Virus record (IMG/VR): IMGVR_UViG_3300035698_017294
Location: 32,001-96,000 of that record
Source: a virus
Length of the DNA stretch: 64,000 nucleotides
Reading direction: 5' to 3' (one strand)
Positions 44,880-52,813 of the stretch are shown piece by piece. The position numbers and the translations under genes are program-made. The notes under the pieces are model-generated. The model was not told the DNA's origin. It saw only the letters and a program-made list of their open reading frames with translations, and searched no databases. Position 1 is the stretch's first letter. Each line of letters opens with the position of its first letter.

Positions 44880-46174
44880 TACATCCCCCTCGTTTTGCCG
44901 TGCACATGTTTTACTGTTGGAAAGCGTAACGAATATTGCTTCGTTTTCTGGTCTCGAGTTTCTTCAAAATACTGGACTGTAATTAGGTTGCCAATTATAG
45001 CACCGGGGTTGTAGTGGTATTCTTGCCTCTGTTCCAAAGACCATCCAGACCCCACGCCAACCTCATTGTCGCGATACATTATAATTGCTTTAGTCATTGT
45101 AGTTATTGTGTCTTCTAGTCCGGTTATTTTATTAATGATGCGGAACGGCCCAGACTTGATTCTGGTTACTGTAAACTCTGCATCGTGGAACTTTTTAAGC
45201 TTTAACAGGTTTTGCGTACGCTTACCTTCGTACGGCACATCTTTGCGAAGCATTGCACCTTCCCAGCCCTTTTTATTAGCGGCCGCAAAGAAGTCTTCAA
45301 GGTCTTCAACGCTGTGAACTATACGCTGGTTTAATGGTTTTAGGATCGTATTTTTGCGACCAATTGCTTCATATCGTAAGATGCGCTTTGTTAAGTCGGG
45401 GGATTTCTTTTTACCCTCAAACTCGTCAAGTGTTAGCATATCAAAAATCATGTATCTGGGATTTTGTATCACATGCTTTTTCTTGCGTATCTGCTTCATT
45501 ACGCTAGCAAAGTCTTCATTGCCGTGATCATCTATGATACATATTTCGCCATCAAAAACAGTATTACGTAGATCTAGTTTTTTAATTTCTTCAATAACCA
45601 GCCCGAGTGTTTCTATGGGCTTGCCTGTTCTAGTCCACGCTTTAATATTTCCATCAGCCCCAACTATGATAATGCAGCGCACACCATCAAGCTTCCGTGA
45701 TATATACCAGCTAGTTTCATATTTGCCGAACGTTACTCTGTGTATAAACTCTTTGTACTTCTCGGCTAGCGCAACCTTAAACTCCTTTATAGAGCCGGGC
45801 CAGACTTGGTTAATTTGTTTCACACCCAATCGGACCTTTAGGTTTTTATCCAACATCATGTGGACGATGTCTGCATATACTGGATACTCAGCTATAAAAT
45901 GGTTAATATAGTTATGTGCCTCGTGCCCTGTTATTTTGCGGGAAGCTAAATCATCAAGCAGTGAGAATATATCCAAATGTATTTCACAGTCATCTTCCAT
46001 ATACGCTGCCTTCGTTAATGCTGCAGATGTTATCCCGTATGTCATATCAGGATCGTGTGCGTATATAAAATACTTTTTCAAATCTTCGTAACTTGCCAAG
46101 ATGATTTTCTTAGCTGTCATCGAATTAGTTGTGTTTAGTTCATCTAAACATTCTTGTAATCTCTTTAAACTCAT
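44879..46174 (-). CDS. lig: ATP-dependent DNA ligase
   Basis: SRKLDGVRC, VFDGEI, IFD, WEGAMLR, LLKLK, VGSG, SLRFP. Confidence 0.95.
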   Translation of the reverse strand: MSLKRLQECLDELNTTNSMTAKKIILASYEDLKKYFIYAHDPDMTYGITSAALTKAAYMEDDCEIHLDIFSLLDDLASRKITGHEAHNYINHFIAEYPVYADIVHMMLDKNLKVRLGVKQINQVWPGSIKEFKVALAEKYKEFIHRVTFGKYETSWYISRKLDGVRCIIIVGADGNIKAWTRTGKPIETLGLVIEEIKKLDLRNTVFDGEICIIDDHGNEDFASVMKQIRKKKHVIQNPRYMIFDMLTLDEFEGKKKSPDLTKRILRYEAIGRKNTILKPLNQRIVHSVEDLEDFFAAANKKGWEGAMLRKDVPYEGKRTQNLLKLKKFHDAEFTVTRIKSGPFRIINKITGLEDTITTMTKAIIMYRDNEVGVGSGWSLEQRQEYHYNPGAIIGNLITVQYFEETRDQKTKQYSLRFPTVKHVHGKTRGM

Positions 46175-46199
46175 ATTTTCCTCTATGTAAATTGTGTAA

Positions 46200-46272
46200 C
46201 GGGCCCGGGAGGAGTCGAACCTCCGACACCGCGGTTAACAGCCGCGTGCTCTGACCACTGAGCTACAGGCCC
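46200..46272 (-). tRNA. tRNA-Asn(GUU)
   Basis: CGCGG-ctGTTaa-CCGCG; G73. Confidence 0.93.
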
Positions 46273-46288
46273 TTTATAAATTGTAAAT

Positions 46289-46346
46289 AAAAAAAAGCAC
46301 ACAGCTAATTCCGCCTACTCGTAAGAATAAGCCGAATTAGCCGTAT
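46289..46346 (-). terminator. Long hairpin plus U-tract (terminator or small RNA)
   Basis: GCTAATTC..GAATTAGC stem followed by TTTTTTTT on the minus strand. Confidence 0.5.
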
Positions 46347-46383
46347 ACAATTTTATGCTTTGTCTATGTCAAAGATCTTTCTA

Positions 46384-46457
46384 TGGCGGGGACGGGATTT
46401 GAACCCGTGACCTTAAGGGTATGAGCCTTACGAGCTGCCAGACTGCTCCACCCCGCT
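46384..46457 (-). tRNA. Initiator-like tRNA-Met(CAU)
   Basis: GCGGGGTGGAGCAG..GGCAGCTCG fMet-type body, 1:72 mismatch; anticodon stem has only two G-C pairs next to the loop. Confidence 0.88.
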
Positions 46458-46461
46458 GTGT

Positions 46462-46672
46462 ACTAGCTTTACTTCTTGCGACTGGTCGTTAGTAATATCG
46501 CATTGGCCGGTTTTCCGCCTTTGCACTAATACCTGCGCAGCTTGGAAAGCGGAGCGGGTGATCGTGGTTGGCGGAAAAAAGGCCTGGAGGCGATTATTAC
46601 CGGCGATCAATATCGCGTCTTCAATAATCGTCCGAGACGTTACGTCCCAGAATGTGATAGCCTAAAGCTAGT
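46462..46672 (-). ncRNA. Structured ncRNA candidate, family II copy A
   Basis: Closing ACTAGCTTTA/TAAAGCTAGT, GAGACGTTACGTCCC hairpin, ~140-nt irregular rod. Confidence 0.65.
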
Positions 46673-47005
46673 TAGTTTTACTTTTTGGCGGTACCCCTCT
46701 ACAACGATAGGTTGTCGATAGATTGTTCCCGAGCGAATGCGAGGGAAAATCTGGCGATAAGAGGTGGTTCGCCAACTTTGGACTTGTTGGGGATCCGGAT
46801 CCCCGATCGGGGAGCCCCGCACGCGTCGGGGCGCCTGCGGTCCGGAGAGCCGGAGACCTGGAAAGCCCATTTTGGAACAAAACGTGTTCCCGCGAGACGT
46901 TACGTCTCACAGCATTACGAATCACCGTGGGCTGCACTAGCCTGAACTCGGCTACTACAGATTACGCTGATTTTGACCGTAACACATATCTAAATCTAAA
47001 ACTAA
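46672..47005 (-). ncRNA. Structured ncRNA candidate, family II copy B
   Basis: Closing TTAGTTTTA/TAAAACTAA, GAGACGTTACGTCTC hairpin, ~90-nt rod plus GC-rich hairpins. Confidence 0.65.
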
Positions 47006-47007
47006 AG

Positions 47008-47330
47008 TGGAGGCGAAGGGAGTTGAACCCTTGTCCACACGATAACGAAACATGCTGTTTCTTACAGGCTTAGTTAGTTTTTACACTTTTATTTGTTAAT
47101 CCGGGGCGGTTCTGAAACTAACTTAGTAGTCCCCGGCGTTGGCCATTTGTTTAGCCGTGGTCTAGCGGCTTTCCGATCCGGCGCCGATTCCCTAACATCG
47201 GAGTCTTAGGGTCGACGGCTACTTAGTTAACCTAAGCGGCTAGTGGTAAATATTCGTCAATTACATTGAAAGGAGTATCATGCCTGTAGCATATATCGAT
47301 AGAATCGCATGTCGAAACCAATGCGCCCCC
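47008..47330 (-). ncRNA. ssrA: tmRNA; tag (A)DEYLPLAA* at 47232-47258
   Basis: 5' GGGGGCG..GGTTTCGAC, 3' GAC.AGGGTTCAACTCCCTTCGCCTCCA, G3.U70, tag ending LAA-stop. Confidence 0.93.
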
Positions 47331-47345
47331 ATAAAATAATACAAT

Positions 47346-47525
47346 TTACAACTGCTGTGCTGTTACGCCAAAGACGGTGGGAAAGCGCTCCCAATGCCGC
47401 GGGCTCCCACGCCTTTTTCTCGGGAGTACCATTTAAGTTACCGCTCCTCTGGTTCGTTGCAGATGCAGGCCATCGGTGTCACTCTTTAAAGGGTGGCTGC
47501 TTCTAAGCCTACCTCGCCGCTGTAA
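47346..47525 (-). ncRNA. ncRNA family III copy A: mimic of 23S rRNA H43/H44
   Basis: GAGGTAGGCTTAGAAGCAGCCACCCTTTAAAGAG (H43) and GCGTAACAGC (H44) inside a TTACAGC/GTTGTAA closing stem. Confidence 0.8.
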
Positions 47526-47559
47526 GGTGTATTCATATGTTGTTGTGTAAATTTATGTG

Positions 47560-47739
47560 ATACAACTGCTGTGCCGAGTTTAAGTCGACTAAAGACCGCT
47601 ATCCAGCTGTGATAGCTACGGACGGTTCCTCCTTCACAGGGAGGAAAAAATTATCCGCGACAATAGGTCGTTGCAAATGCAGGCTACTGCCATCAACATT
47701 AAAGGCTCGCGTAATTGCGTCAACACCTGGCCGTTGTAT
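47560..47739 (-). ncRNA. ncRNA family III copy B (paralogue with altered loops)
   Basis: Shares TACARCGGC.AGG, CTTTAA, GCCTGCATYTGCAACGA, GTCTTT and GCACAGCAGTTGTA with copy A. Confidence 0.75.
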
Positions 47740-47755
47740 AGATAAATTAAAAAGA

Positions 47756-47837
47756 AGCGGAAAGCACATGAAGTAGTTGGTACATCATAAGTGTACTGCA
47801 CATTGTGCAGTTAGAAGGAACTTCATGTATGGCCACT
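47756..47837 (-). ncRNA. ncRNA family IV copy 1 (Y-RNA-like)
   Basis: GG-CCAT-ACATGAAGT-TCCTTCTA..ACTTCATGT-GCTTT-CC. Confidence 0.75.
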
Positions 47838-47839
47838 AA

Positions 47840-47911
47840 TGCGCCGCCCCGGACTTGAACCAGGAACCGACCTCCCCACGGAGGGTGCTCTATCTATTGA
47901 GCTAACAGCGC
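47840..47911 (-). ncRNA. tRNA-like RNA with a 4-nt anticodon loop
   Basis: Canonical acceptor, D and T arms; CCTCC-gtgg-GGAGG. Confidence 0.7.
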
Positions 47912-47917
47912 GAAATA

Positions 47918-47997
47918 TACGGAAGGCGTTCGAAGTAAGGTTTTTAAGGATTCGCCCGCCGGGCGAATAAGTAGAAGGAACTTCGAACATAGCCGTA
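47918..47997 (-). ncRNA. ncRNA family IV copy 2 (Y-RNA-like)
   Basis: GG-CTAT-GTTCGAAGT-TCCTTCTA..ACTTCGAAC-GCCTT-CC. Confidence 0.75.
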
Positions 47998-48009
47998 ATA
48001 AAAACAAAA

Positions 48010-48116
48010 ACAGGAAAGCAGTTAAAGTAGGTTATATAGCGGGTCTCCAACGCCTCGATAGACGCCGAGCGCCCCGCTGGGCTTTATAAGTAGAAGGAAC
48101 TTTAACTATGGCCTGT
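48010..48116 (-). ncRNA. ncRNA family IV copy 3 (Y-RNA-like)
   Basis: GG-CCAT-AGTTAAAGT-TCCTTCTA..ACTTTAACT-GCTTT-CC. Confidence 0.75.
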
Positions 48117-48118
48117 AG

Positions 48119-48215
48119 TGGGGCACCCAGGACTCGAACCTGGAACCAACAGAGTCCGCAGCGTCATACAGCGCCGCTTACAGTCAGCTGCCCTAGCCAA
48201 TTGAGCTAGCGCCCC
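48119..48215 (-). tRNA. tRNA-Tyr(GUA)-like with a ~23-nt insertion 3' of the anticodon (48155-48177)
   Basis: GCTGA-ctGTAa-[GCGGCG ctgtatga CGCTGC gga]-c-TCTGT; short variable loop. Confidence 0.7.
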
Positions 48216-48220
48216 TAAAC

Positions 48221-48250
48221 AAAAAAAGCGACTCATAACATGGTCGCTTT
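48221..48250 (-). terminator. Terminator/attenuator upstream of the RNA array
   Basis: AAAGCGAC-loop-GTCGCTTT followed by a U-tract. Confidence 0.6.
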
Positions 48251-48281
48251 AAGATTTCAAATATTGCCATGTTTTATATAT

Positions 48282-48371
48282 CTACTTGAAACCTGCATTT
48301 CTCCCTAGGACGGATTGGTCTTCCGGGCGAATGGCTGGTTTATATGTAAATAATACATGGAGTGTTTTCAT
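48282..48371 (-). CDS. Putative leaderless 29-aa leader peptide MKTLHVLFTYKPAIRPEDQSVLGRNAGFK
   Basis: ATG 7 nt downstream of the -10 box. Confidence 0.4.
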   Translation of the reverse strand: MKTLHVLFTYKPAIRPEDQSVLGRNAGFK

Positions 48372-48377
48372 GTCATT

Positions 48378-48406
48378 AGTATACTAAATTTAGATCTGCT
48401 TGTCAA
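48378..48406 (-). promoter_or_regulatory. Sigma70 consensus promoter
   Basis: TTGACA-N17-TATACT. Confidence 0.85.
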
Positions 48407-48409
48407 GTA

Positions 48410-48790
48410 AAAAACCGGCGAGGCTGGCAAGAGTGGATAGACCACCCCTGCCGATCGGGTATCAACCGCATGCACTCGCCCCTTATAGCTTACCAAACTA
48501 TCTGTAAAACTGGACTCACAGAACCGCCGATGCAAATAAACGAACCAGTTCCGGTCCGCATTCCACCGATAAGCCCGTGCAGACTCGCGGTATTATTGTT
48601 TCACAGGTGCACGCTCTGTGAATTTTTAGTCCGCATAAAGGCCTTAATTTATAACCGATAACACCCTCGCATTTGGGGTGCCTCTCGGTACGATCCCGTA
48701 GCCCAGATTACAGTATAGTTGGCCCACAAACGCGTCGTGAAAAATGTATTAACACGACGGCAAGGGCAGGTAAACCGTATACGATAGTTT
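48410..48790 (-). ncRNA. Structured ncRNA candidate(s)
   Basis: ORF-free; AAACTATC/GATAGTTT closes ~295 nt with several hairpins; GGCGAG/CTCGCC domain followed by a U-tract. Confidence 0.5.
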
Positions 48791-48869
48791 TCTTATACCA
48801 GCTTTTTTTTTATTTTTTTTACTTTAACACCCTGGCATAGCCCTATGAATAAAGTTCTCATGTATCACC

Positions 48870-49757
48870 TTAAAAATTACCGTAGTTAACCTGTAAGCAA
48901 GTTAATCCGAGTTCCTTTCGCCACATATCTACAACTTGATCACGATCGTCCAGTACGAAGTCAACGTAATACTTGCCCTTCACATGTGCATCATATAGCT
49001 CACGCTTTACAAGGCTGTCCTTGCGATCGTCGCCAGGGTGCCGCATGAAAAGATCGGTATACTTAACTTTGTTATCAAACAACCATTCACGGGTGAGTGT
49101 CTCACATGATCCGTCGCGCCCAGATAAAAGTATCACGTGGCGAGTCGGATCTGCCATAATAAGGTCGTAAATAGGCTGACTAAGCGTGTCTAGCTTAACC
49201 TTCTGGAATTCAAATGGCCCGCGATTACCGCGATGCAGCGCAAGAGTTCCATCAAGATCACAAATAATCGCACGTGGTAGAGCAAGATCCTGTACCACCA
49301 AGTCAAGTTCAACATCTGGTTCTTTGATAAAGCTATCGTGGAAATCACGTATCACCTTTTCACCGACAGAGTTAGGGCAAACTAGGTCTCGGCGGATGCA
49401 CTCTTCTATAGGTACACTAAGGAAGTCCGTGTTGAGTTGTGCTACAACTGGATTTTTGCAACCCTCTTCCTTGTTGATCTCCTGCGCAATCTGCTGCATG
49501 CGAGTCCAGTGCTTTGGGTGTAGATTTGTATCGTCTACAATAACACTGAAGCCCCCCTTTACTATTTGCTTTACCATCCAGTCGCGTGTTTTTAACACAA
49601 GCTTTTCATTGTAAGGCGTCCACTTACCACCTAGCATCATACGCAGGTCGTCTTTGTTGACACGCTTGATCTGGCCAGGATGATCATTTACTTGTTGCTT
49701 CGCCCATGTCGACTTTCCCGACGCTGGAAGTCCCTTGACTACTATTATTTTCCTCAA
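48870..49757 (-). CDS. pseT: Polynucleotide 5'-kinase/3'-phosphatase (T4 PseT-like)
   Basis: GLPASGKSTWA, RVNKDDLR, DDTNL; CDLDGTLA, LSGRD, DDRDQVV. Confidence 0.93.
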   Translation of the reverse strand: MRKIIVVKGLPASGKSTWAKQQVNDHPGQIKRVNKDDLRMMLGGKWTPYNEKLVLKTRDWMVKQIVKGGFSVIVDDTNLHPKHWTRMQQIAQEINKEEGCKNPVVAQLNTDFLSVPIEECIRRDLVCPNSVGEKVIRDFHDSFIKEPDVELDLVVQDLALPRAIICDLDGTLALHRGNRGPFEFQKVKLDTLSQPIYDLIMADPTRHVILLSGRDGSCETLTREWLFDNKVKYTDLFMRHPGDDRKDSLVKRELYDAHVKGKYYVDFVLDDRDQVVDMWRKELGLTCLQVNYGNF

Positions 49758-50808
49758 ACTTGATCCCCCTTTTTATTATTTTCCATATATACTCACCGGC
49801 TTTATCAAATCGCCTATCCCAAATATGGAACAGTAGGGCTGGATGCCGCTCCCGCTGAAAGCACTTAGCTACATACTTGCGCTCAGTATCAGGTGAAAGT
49901 TGCATCTTTTTAAGCGTGTTTAAGCCGCTGCGGATTAGATCGTCGTGCTTTTGATAAAACTTTGCGCATGTTTCGTCAATCCAATCCCAATGCTCTTCAC
50001 CAGCGCCCTGGCGCAGGCTTTCAATCGGTTCACCTTTTATTATATAATCCAGCACAGTTTTCCCAGTCAGAGACATGCGTATACGTTGAAGCCGTTTGTA
50101 CTCCTCGAACTTGACCTTCATTCTAAAGTCTTCTTTTGGGTAATACAAAACAAAGCCTTCTTTGTTCGTAAGATTAAGCTTTTGCGCACCAGCAAAGTCA
50201 CGTGTTGCAATTGTATCAGCTGGGTATCGGTGCGGTGTGGGAAATCCTGGATTGTGATACGCTGTTTCTCCAAGCCTGTTGTCTATTGTTGCTACCAATA
50301 TAAGTTCTCTACGATCGCCGTAATTTATAACTAAACGATCTTCGGCGCGGTCGTCCGGATAGATGATTTCGAATTGATATGTCAACCCGTCTTTATACTC
50401 TAAGCCACTATACTTTTCATTGAGGATTTTATTGGCTTGTATTGCCTGCTTGGAATCGAACGATCCACGTGTCGCTATGCCGCGGTAGTCACCATAGGCA
50501 TACATAATGCCAGCATAGCCGTCCAGCTTATCGTATATTTCGAACTCGCTAATCGGTATTTCGCCGTCTTCTAGCTCATCAAAGTTAAAAAACTTGTACA
50601 GCGGGCGAGAAATAACTTTCCAGTCATCATCAACAATCAATCCTCTGCACATCCTTACCGACAAGGGCCAGTACCAATCAAACATGGCCTTCTTGGTATA
50701 GTTAAGTATCGATAATGGAATGGCTGGATCTGGATGATGCTGTAATCTTACGTACCCAGCATCCATCATATACTCAATATCTTTGCGCAGAGCGCCATCG
50801 ATAATCAT
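49684..50808 (-). CDS. RNA ligase 1 (T4 RnlA-like)
   Basis: LNYT, CRGLIVD, RPLYKFFN, DKLDG, ATRGSF.S.QA, FEII, EGFV, MKVKF..Y. Confidence 0.9.
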   Translation of the reverse strand: MIIDGALRKDIEYMMDAGYVRLQHHPDPAIPLSILNYTKKAMFDWYWPLSVRMCRGLIVDDDWKVISRPLYKFFNFDELEDGEIPISEFEIYDKLDGYAGIMYAYGDYRGIATRGSFDSKQAIQANKILNEKYSGLEYKDGLTYQFEIIYPDDRAEDRLVINYGDRRELILVATIDNRLGETAYHNPGFPTPHRYPADTIATRDFAGAQKLNLTNKEGFVLYYPKEDFRMKVKFEEYKRLQRIRMSLTGKTVLDYIIKGEPIESLRQGAGEEHWDWIDETCAKFYQKHDDLIRSGLNTLKKMQLSPDTERKYVAKCFQRERHPALLFHIWDRRFDKAGEYIWKIIKRGIKFEENNSSQGTSSVGKVDMGEATSK

Positions 50809-50927
50809 AATCTCTCCTTTGTTGTGAAAGGGAGATTGCTCTCCCTTGTTCTATTCAAGCGCTGGTAGCATTCCCGTACGGCGACGAATTTCCTCGAATG
50901 TGTGCTCTTTTACAATAGCACCTATGA

Positions 50928-51464
50928 TTACTCCCACATTAGTGGCTGGATCAGTTCTTGGTTCCATAGTCTTGCCCCCAAAATTATGTTGTTAGCATGT
51001 TCTTCAATCGTTGTAGCTATCTTAGTTTCTATATCCGGCAAGGCCAGTTCCAGTTGTTTGCGCACATCGCATTCTCTTTTATATCCAGGCTCAATTCCTA
51101 CACAAATGTACTCTTCTGCCCCCTCGAGATACATAGTAGCCACATTACGGCCTAGCTCGTACATGCAGATTGGTTGATCAGATGGGGCGTTGCAGAACCA
51201 CATGCTGAATATGTTACACATATCAAGCGCGTTAAATTCCCAAGTTATCTGCTGTTCTGCTGCATCAGGATTACCTATTGGAAAATTAGCTCGCCTTGGA
51301 TTATATACGGTTAGGGGTGTTCCACCCTCAAGATTCCTAAGCCGCCCAATAACATCTGTCTGCCATTCTGGGCAGTTGGTTATTCCACCGGCTAAGAATA
51401 CTGACACGCTGTTTTGTATTAAGTTTAAATCATCTAAGCTATCTGGAGCTGTTATTACATTCAT
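50928..51464 (-). CDS. Nucleoside 2-deoxyribosyltransferase-like protein
   Basis: VFLAGGI..CP.WQ, YNPRR, QITWE, PI.MYELG. Confidence 0.85.
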   Translation of the reverse strand: MNVITAPDSLDDLNLIQNSVSVFLAGGITNCPEWQTDVIGRLRNLEGGTPLTVYNPRRANFPIGNPDAAEQQITWEFNALDMCNIFSMWFCNAPSDQPICMYELGRNVATMYLEGAEEYICVGIEPGYKRECDVRKQLELALPDIETKIATTIEEHANNIILGARLWNQELIQPLMWE

Positions 51465-51870
51465 CTTCTTGTCCCTTTAAAAGTAAAAATACCGTCTCCG
51501 CTTTATCAACGAAGGCTTCATATTCAGGGCTGTCATCTATAATCAACCCCACTTTGAATTCTTTGCAGAGCTCGCCTTTGCTGCTCCACCACTCTTTGGC
51601 GTGTGTTTCCCAACCGCCTTTTTTATCTTTCCACAATTCTATCCCCTTGTGGCGCAGATAGTCAACTATAGAAATAACGTGCTGGTAATGAATTCCTCGC
51701 TCATACCCCAGCTTGGTAAGTTCGGCTACTACCTCTTCTCTAGACGGCCCAGACATTATAGATATCTTCATCCCTTGTGCTACAAGCATAGACGTGATTA
51801 TTTTAAAAACGTGCGGTGCCTCCGTTAGTACGCCGTGCAAATCAAACGCTATATGATCGAGGTCATCCAT
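51439..51870 (-). CDS. HAD-superfamily protein
   Basis: AFDLHGVL, MSG, K..LC, IIDDS. Confidence 0.7.
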   Translation of the reverse strand: MDDLDHIAFDLHGVLTEAPHVFKIITSMLVAQGMKISIMSGPSREEVVAELTKLGYERGIHYQHVISIVDYLRHKGIELWKDKKGGWETHAKEWWSSKGELCKEFKVGLIIDDSPEYEAFVDKAETVFLLLKGQEDECNNSSR

Positions 51871-52813
51871 GGTGATCCCTTATAAGGTTTATAACTAACT
51901 CATTTACTTCGTGATACGCTGGCTTTTCTCGCACCCTCGGACATATTGAGAGGGTCTTGATTAAGTCTTCTAACTCTGTTGCTCGCTCCATTACTTCTTC
52001 AATGGTGCGCTTGCCTTGCTTTATCTCTAGTATTTCTTCTTTGTATGGCAACGGAAATCTTAGATAACCGTATGTGAGTAATTCAAACGCTTGCTTTAGC
52101 AGCCTAATCAAATGTGATGCAAACTTTGTGTCATAGCCGTGTTTTGCTACTAATTCTTTGCGATTAGAAAACTTAGAGTACCGACGGTGCAGCATGGTGA
52201 GTGCCCTCTGAACAGTAATGTTCTTTGCCATGTTCTGGTCGCCGATCTGGTAAAACGCGCCCCGCCGGTCTAGGCCAGCTTCGGTTAAAATCTCTGTTGG
52301 TAGTTCTATCAATATTTGTTTTTTATCTTCTACTGATTCCAGCTCATCGATACCGCGTTCTAACTCTCTATAATTCCCCGAACGTATCACCATCTTATGT
52401 TTCTGTGATGATGCATATCCTATATACTTTTGAACCAGCCCTTTGTGCGGAAAGAGGTGTCTATAATTAATAAACTCCTCTATGAACCAAGGCTCTTGGT
52501 GTAGGATACTTTCTTCGGGAGCATACAGAAGTTCTAATACGTTAGGGTTATTCTGAAGAGCTAGTTTAGCAAACTTGCGGATGTCATAGTATGTAACATC
52601 AACTGCGTCTTTTGTGTTACGCCCGTCGGCAGCTTTATCTACTATACTATCATCAACTACATCTGCTCTATGCAAGCCGAACAACATTTCACTGTTGGGA
52701 ATAAAAATACCGACGCGGTCTTCGTCGGACTCTGGCGTGTCGGTGCCGTATAAATGACTACCGCTTCTTATTAGGAAACAGCAGTTGTCTTTAGCTAATT
52801 GTTGTGTGTTCAT
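51863..52813 (-). CDS. DNA pol-beta superfamily nucleotidyltransferase (RlaP-like)
   Basis: GSHLYGT..PESDED..GIF, NNPNVLELL, YDTKFASHLIRL, L.IK.G. Confidence 0.88.
   Translation of the reverse strand: MNTQQLAKDNCCFLIRSGSHLYGTDTPESDEDRVGIFIPNSEMLFGLHRADVVDDSIVDKAADGRNTKDAVDVTYYDIRKFAKLALQNNPNVLELLYAPEESILHQEPWFIEEFINYRHLFPHKGLVQKYIGYASSQKHKMVIRSGNYRELERGIDELESVEDKKQILIELPTEILTEAGLDRRGAFYQIGDQNMAKNITVQRALTMLHRRYSKFSNRKELVAKHGYDTKFASHLIRLLKQAFELLTYGYLRFPLPYKEEILEIKQGKRTIEEVMERATELEDLIKTLSICPRVREKPAYHEVNELVINLIRDHHG

Noticed and set aside
46428-47506. ORFs over the GC-rich 46.4-47.5 kb region
   Set aside because: They overlap tRNA-fMet, tmRNA and strong stems; composition is better explained by structured RNA.
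47481-47515. 23S rRNA gene fragment or contamination
   Set aside because: The match is confined to H43/H44, split by an insert, and embedded in a duplicated scaffold with its own closing stem.
47756-48116. CRISPR mini-array (repeated TAGAAGGAACTT)
   Set aside because: Repeats are short and irregularly spaced, a tRNA-like gene intervenes, variation is compensatory, and no cas genes are present.
48410-48790. RNase P or SRP RNA
   Set aside because: The RNase P P4 strands (GAGGAAAGUCC / ACAGAA..CGGCUUA) and the SRP helix-8 motif were not found by eye.
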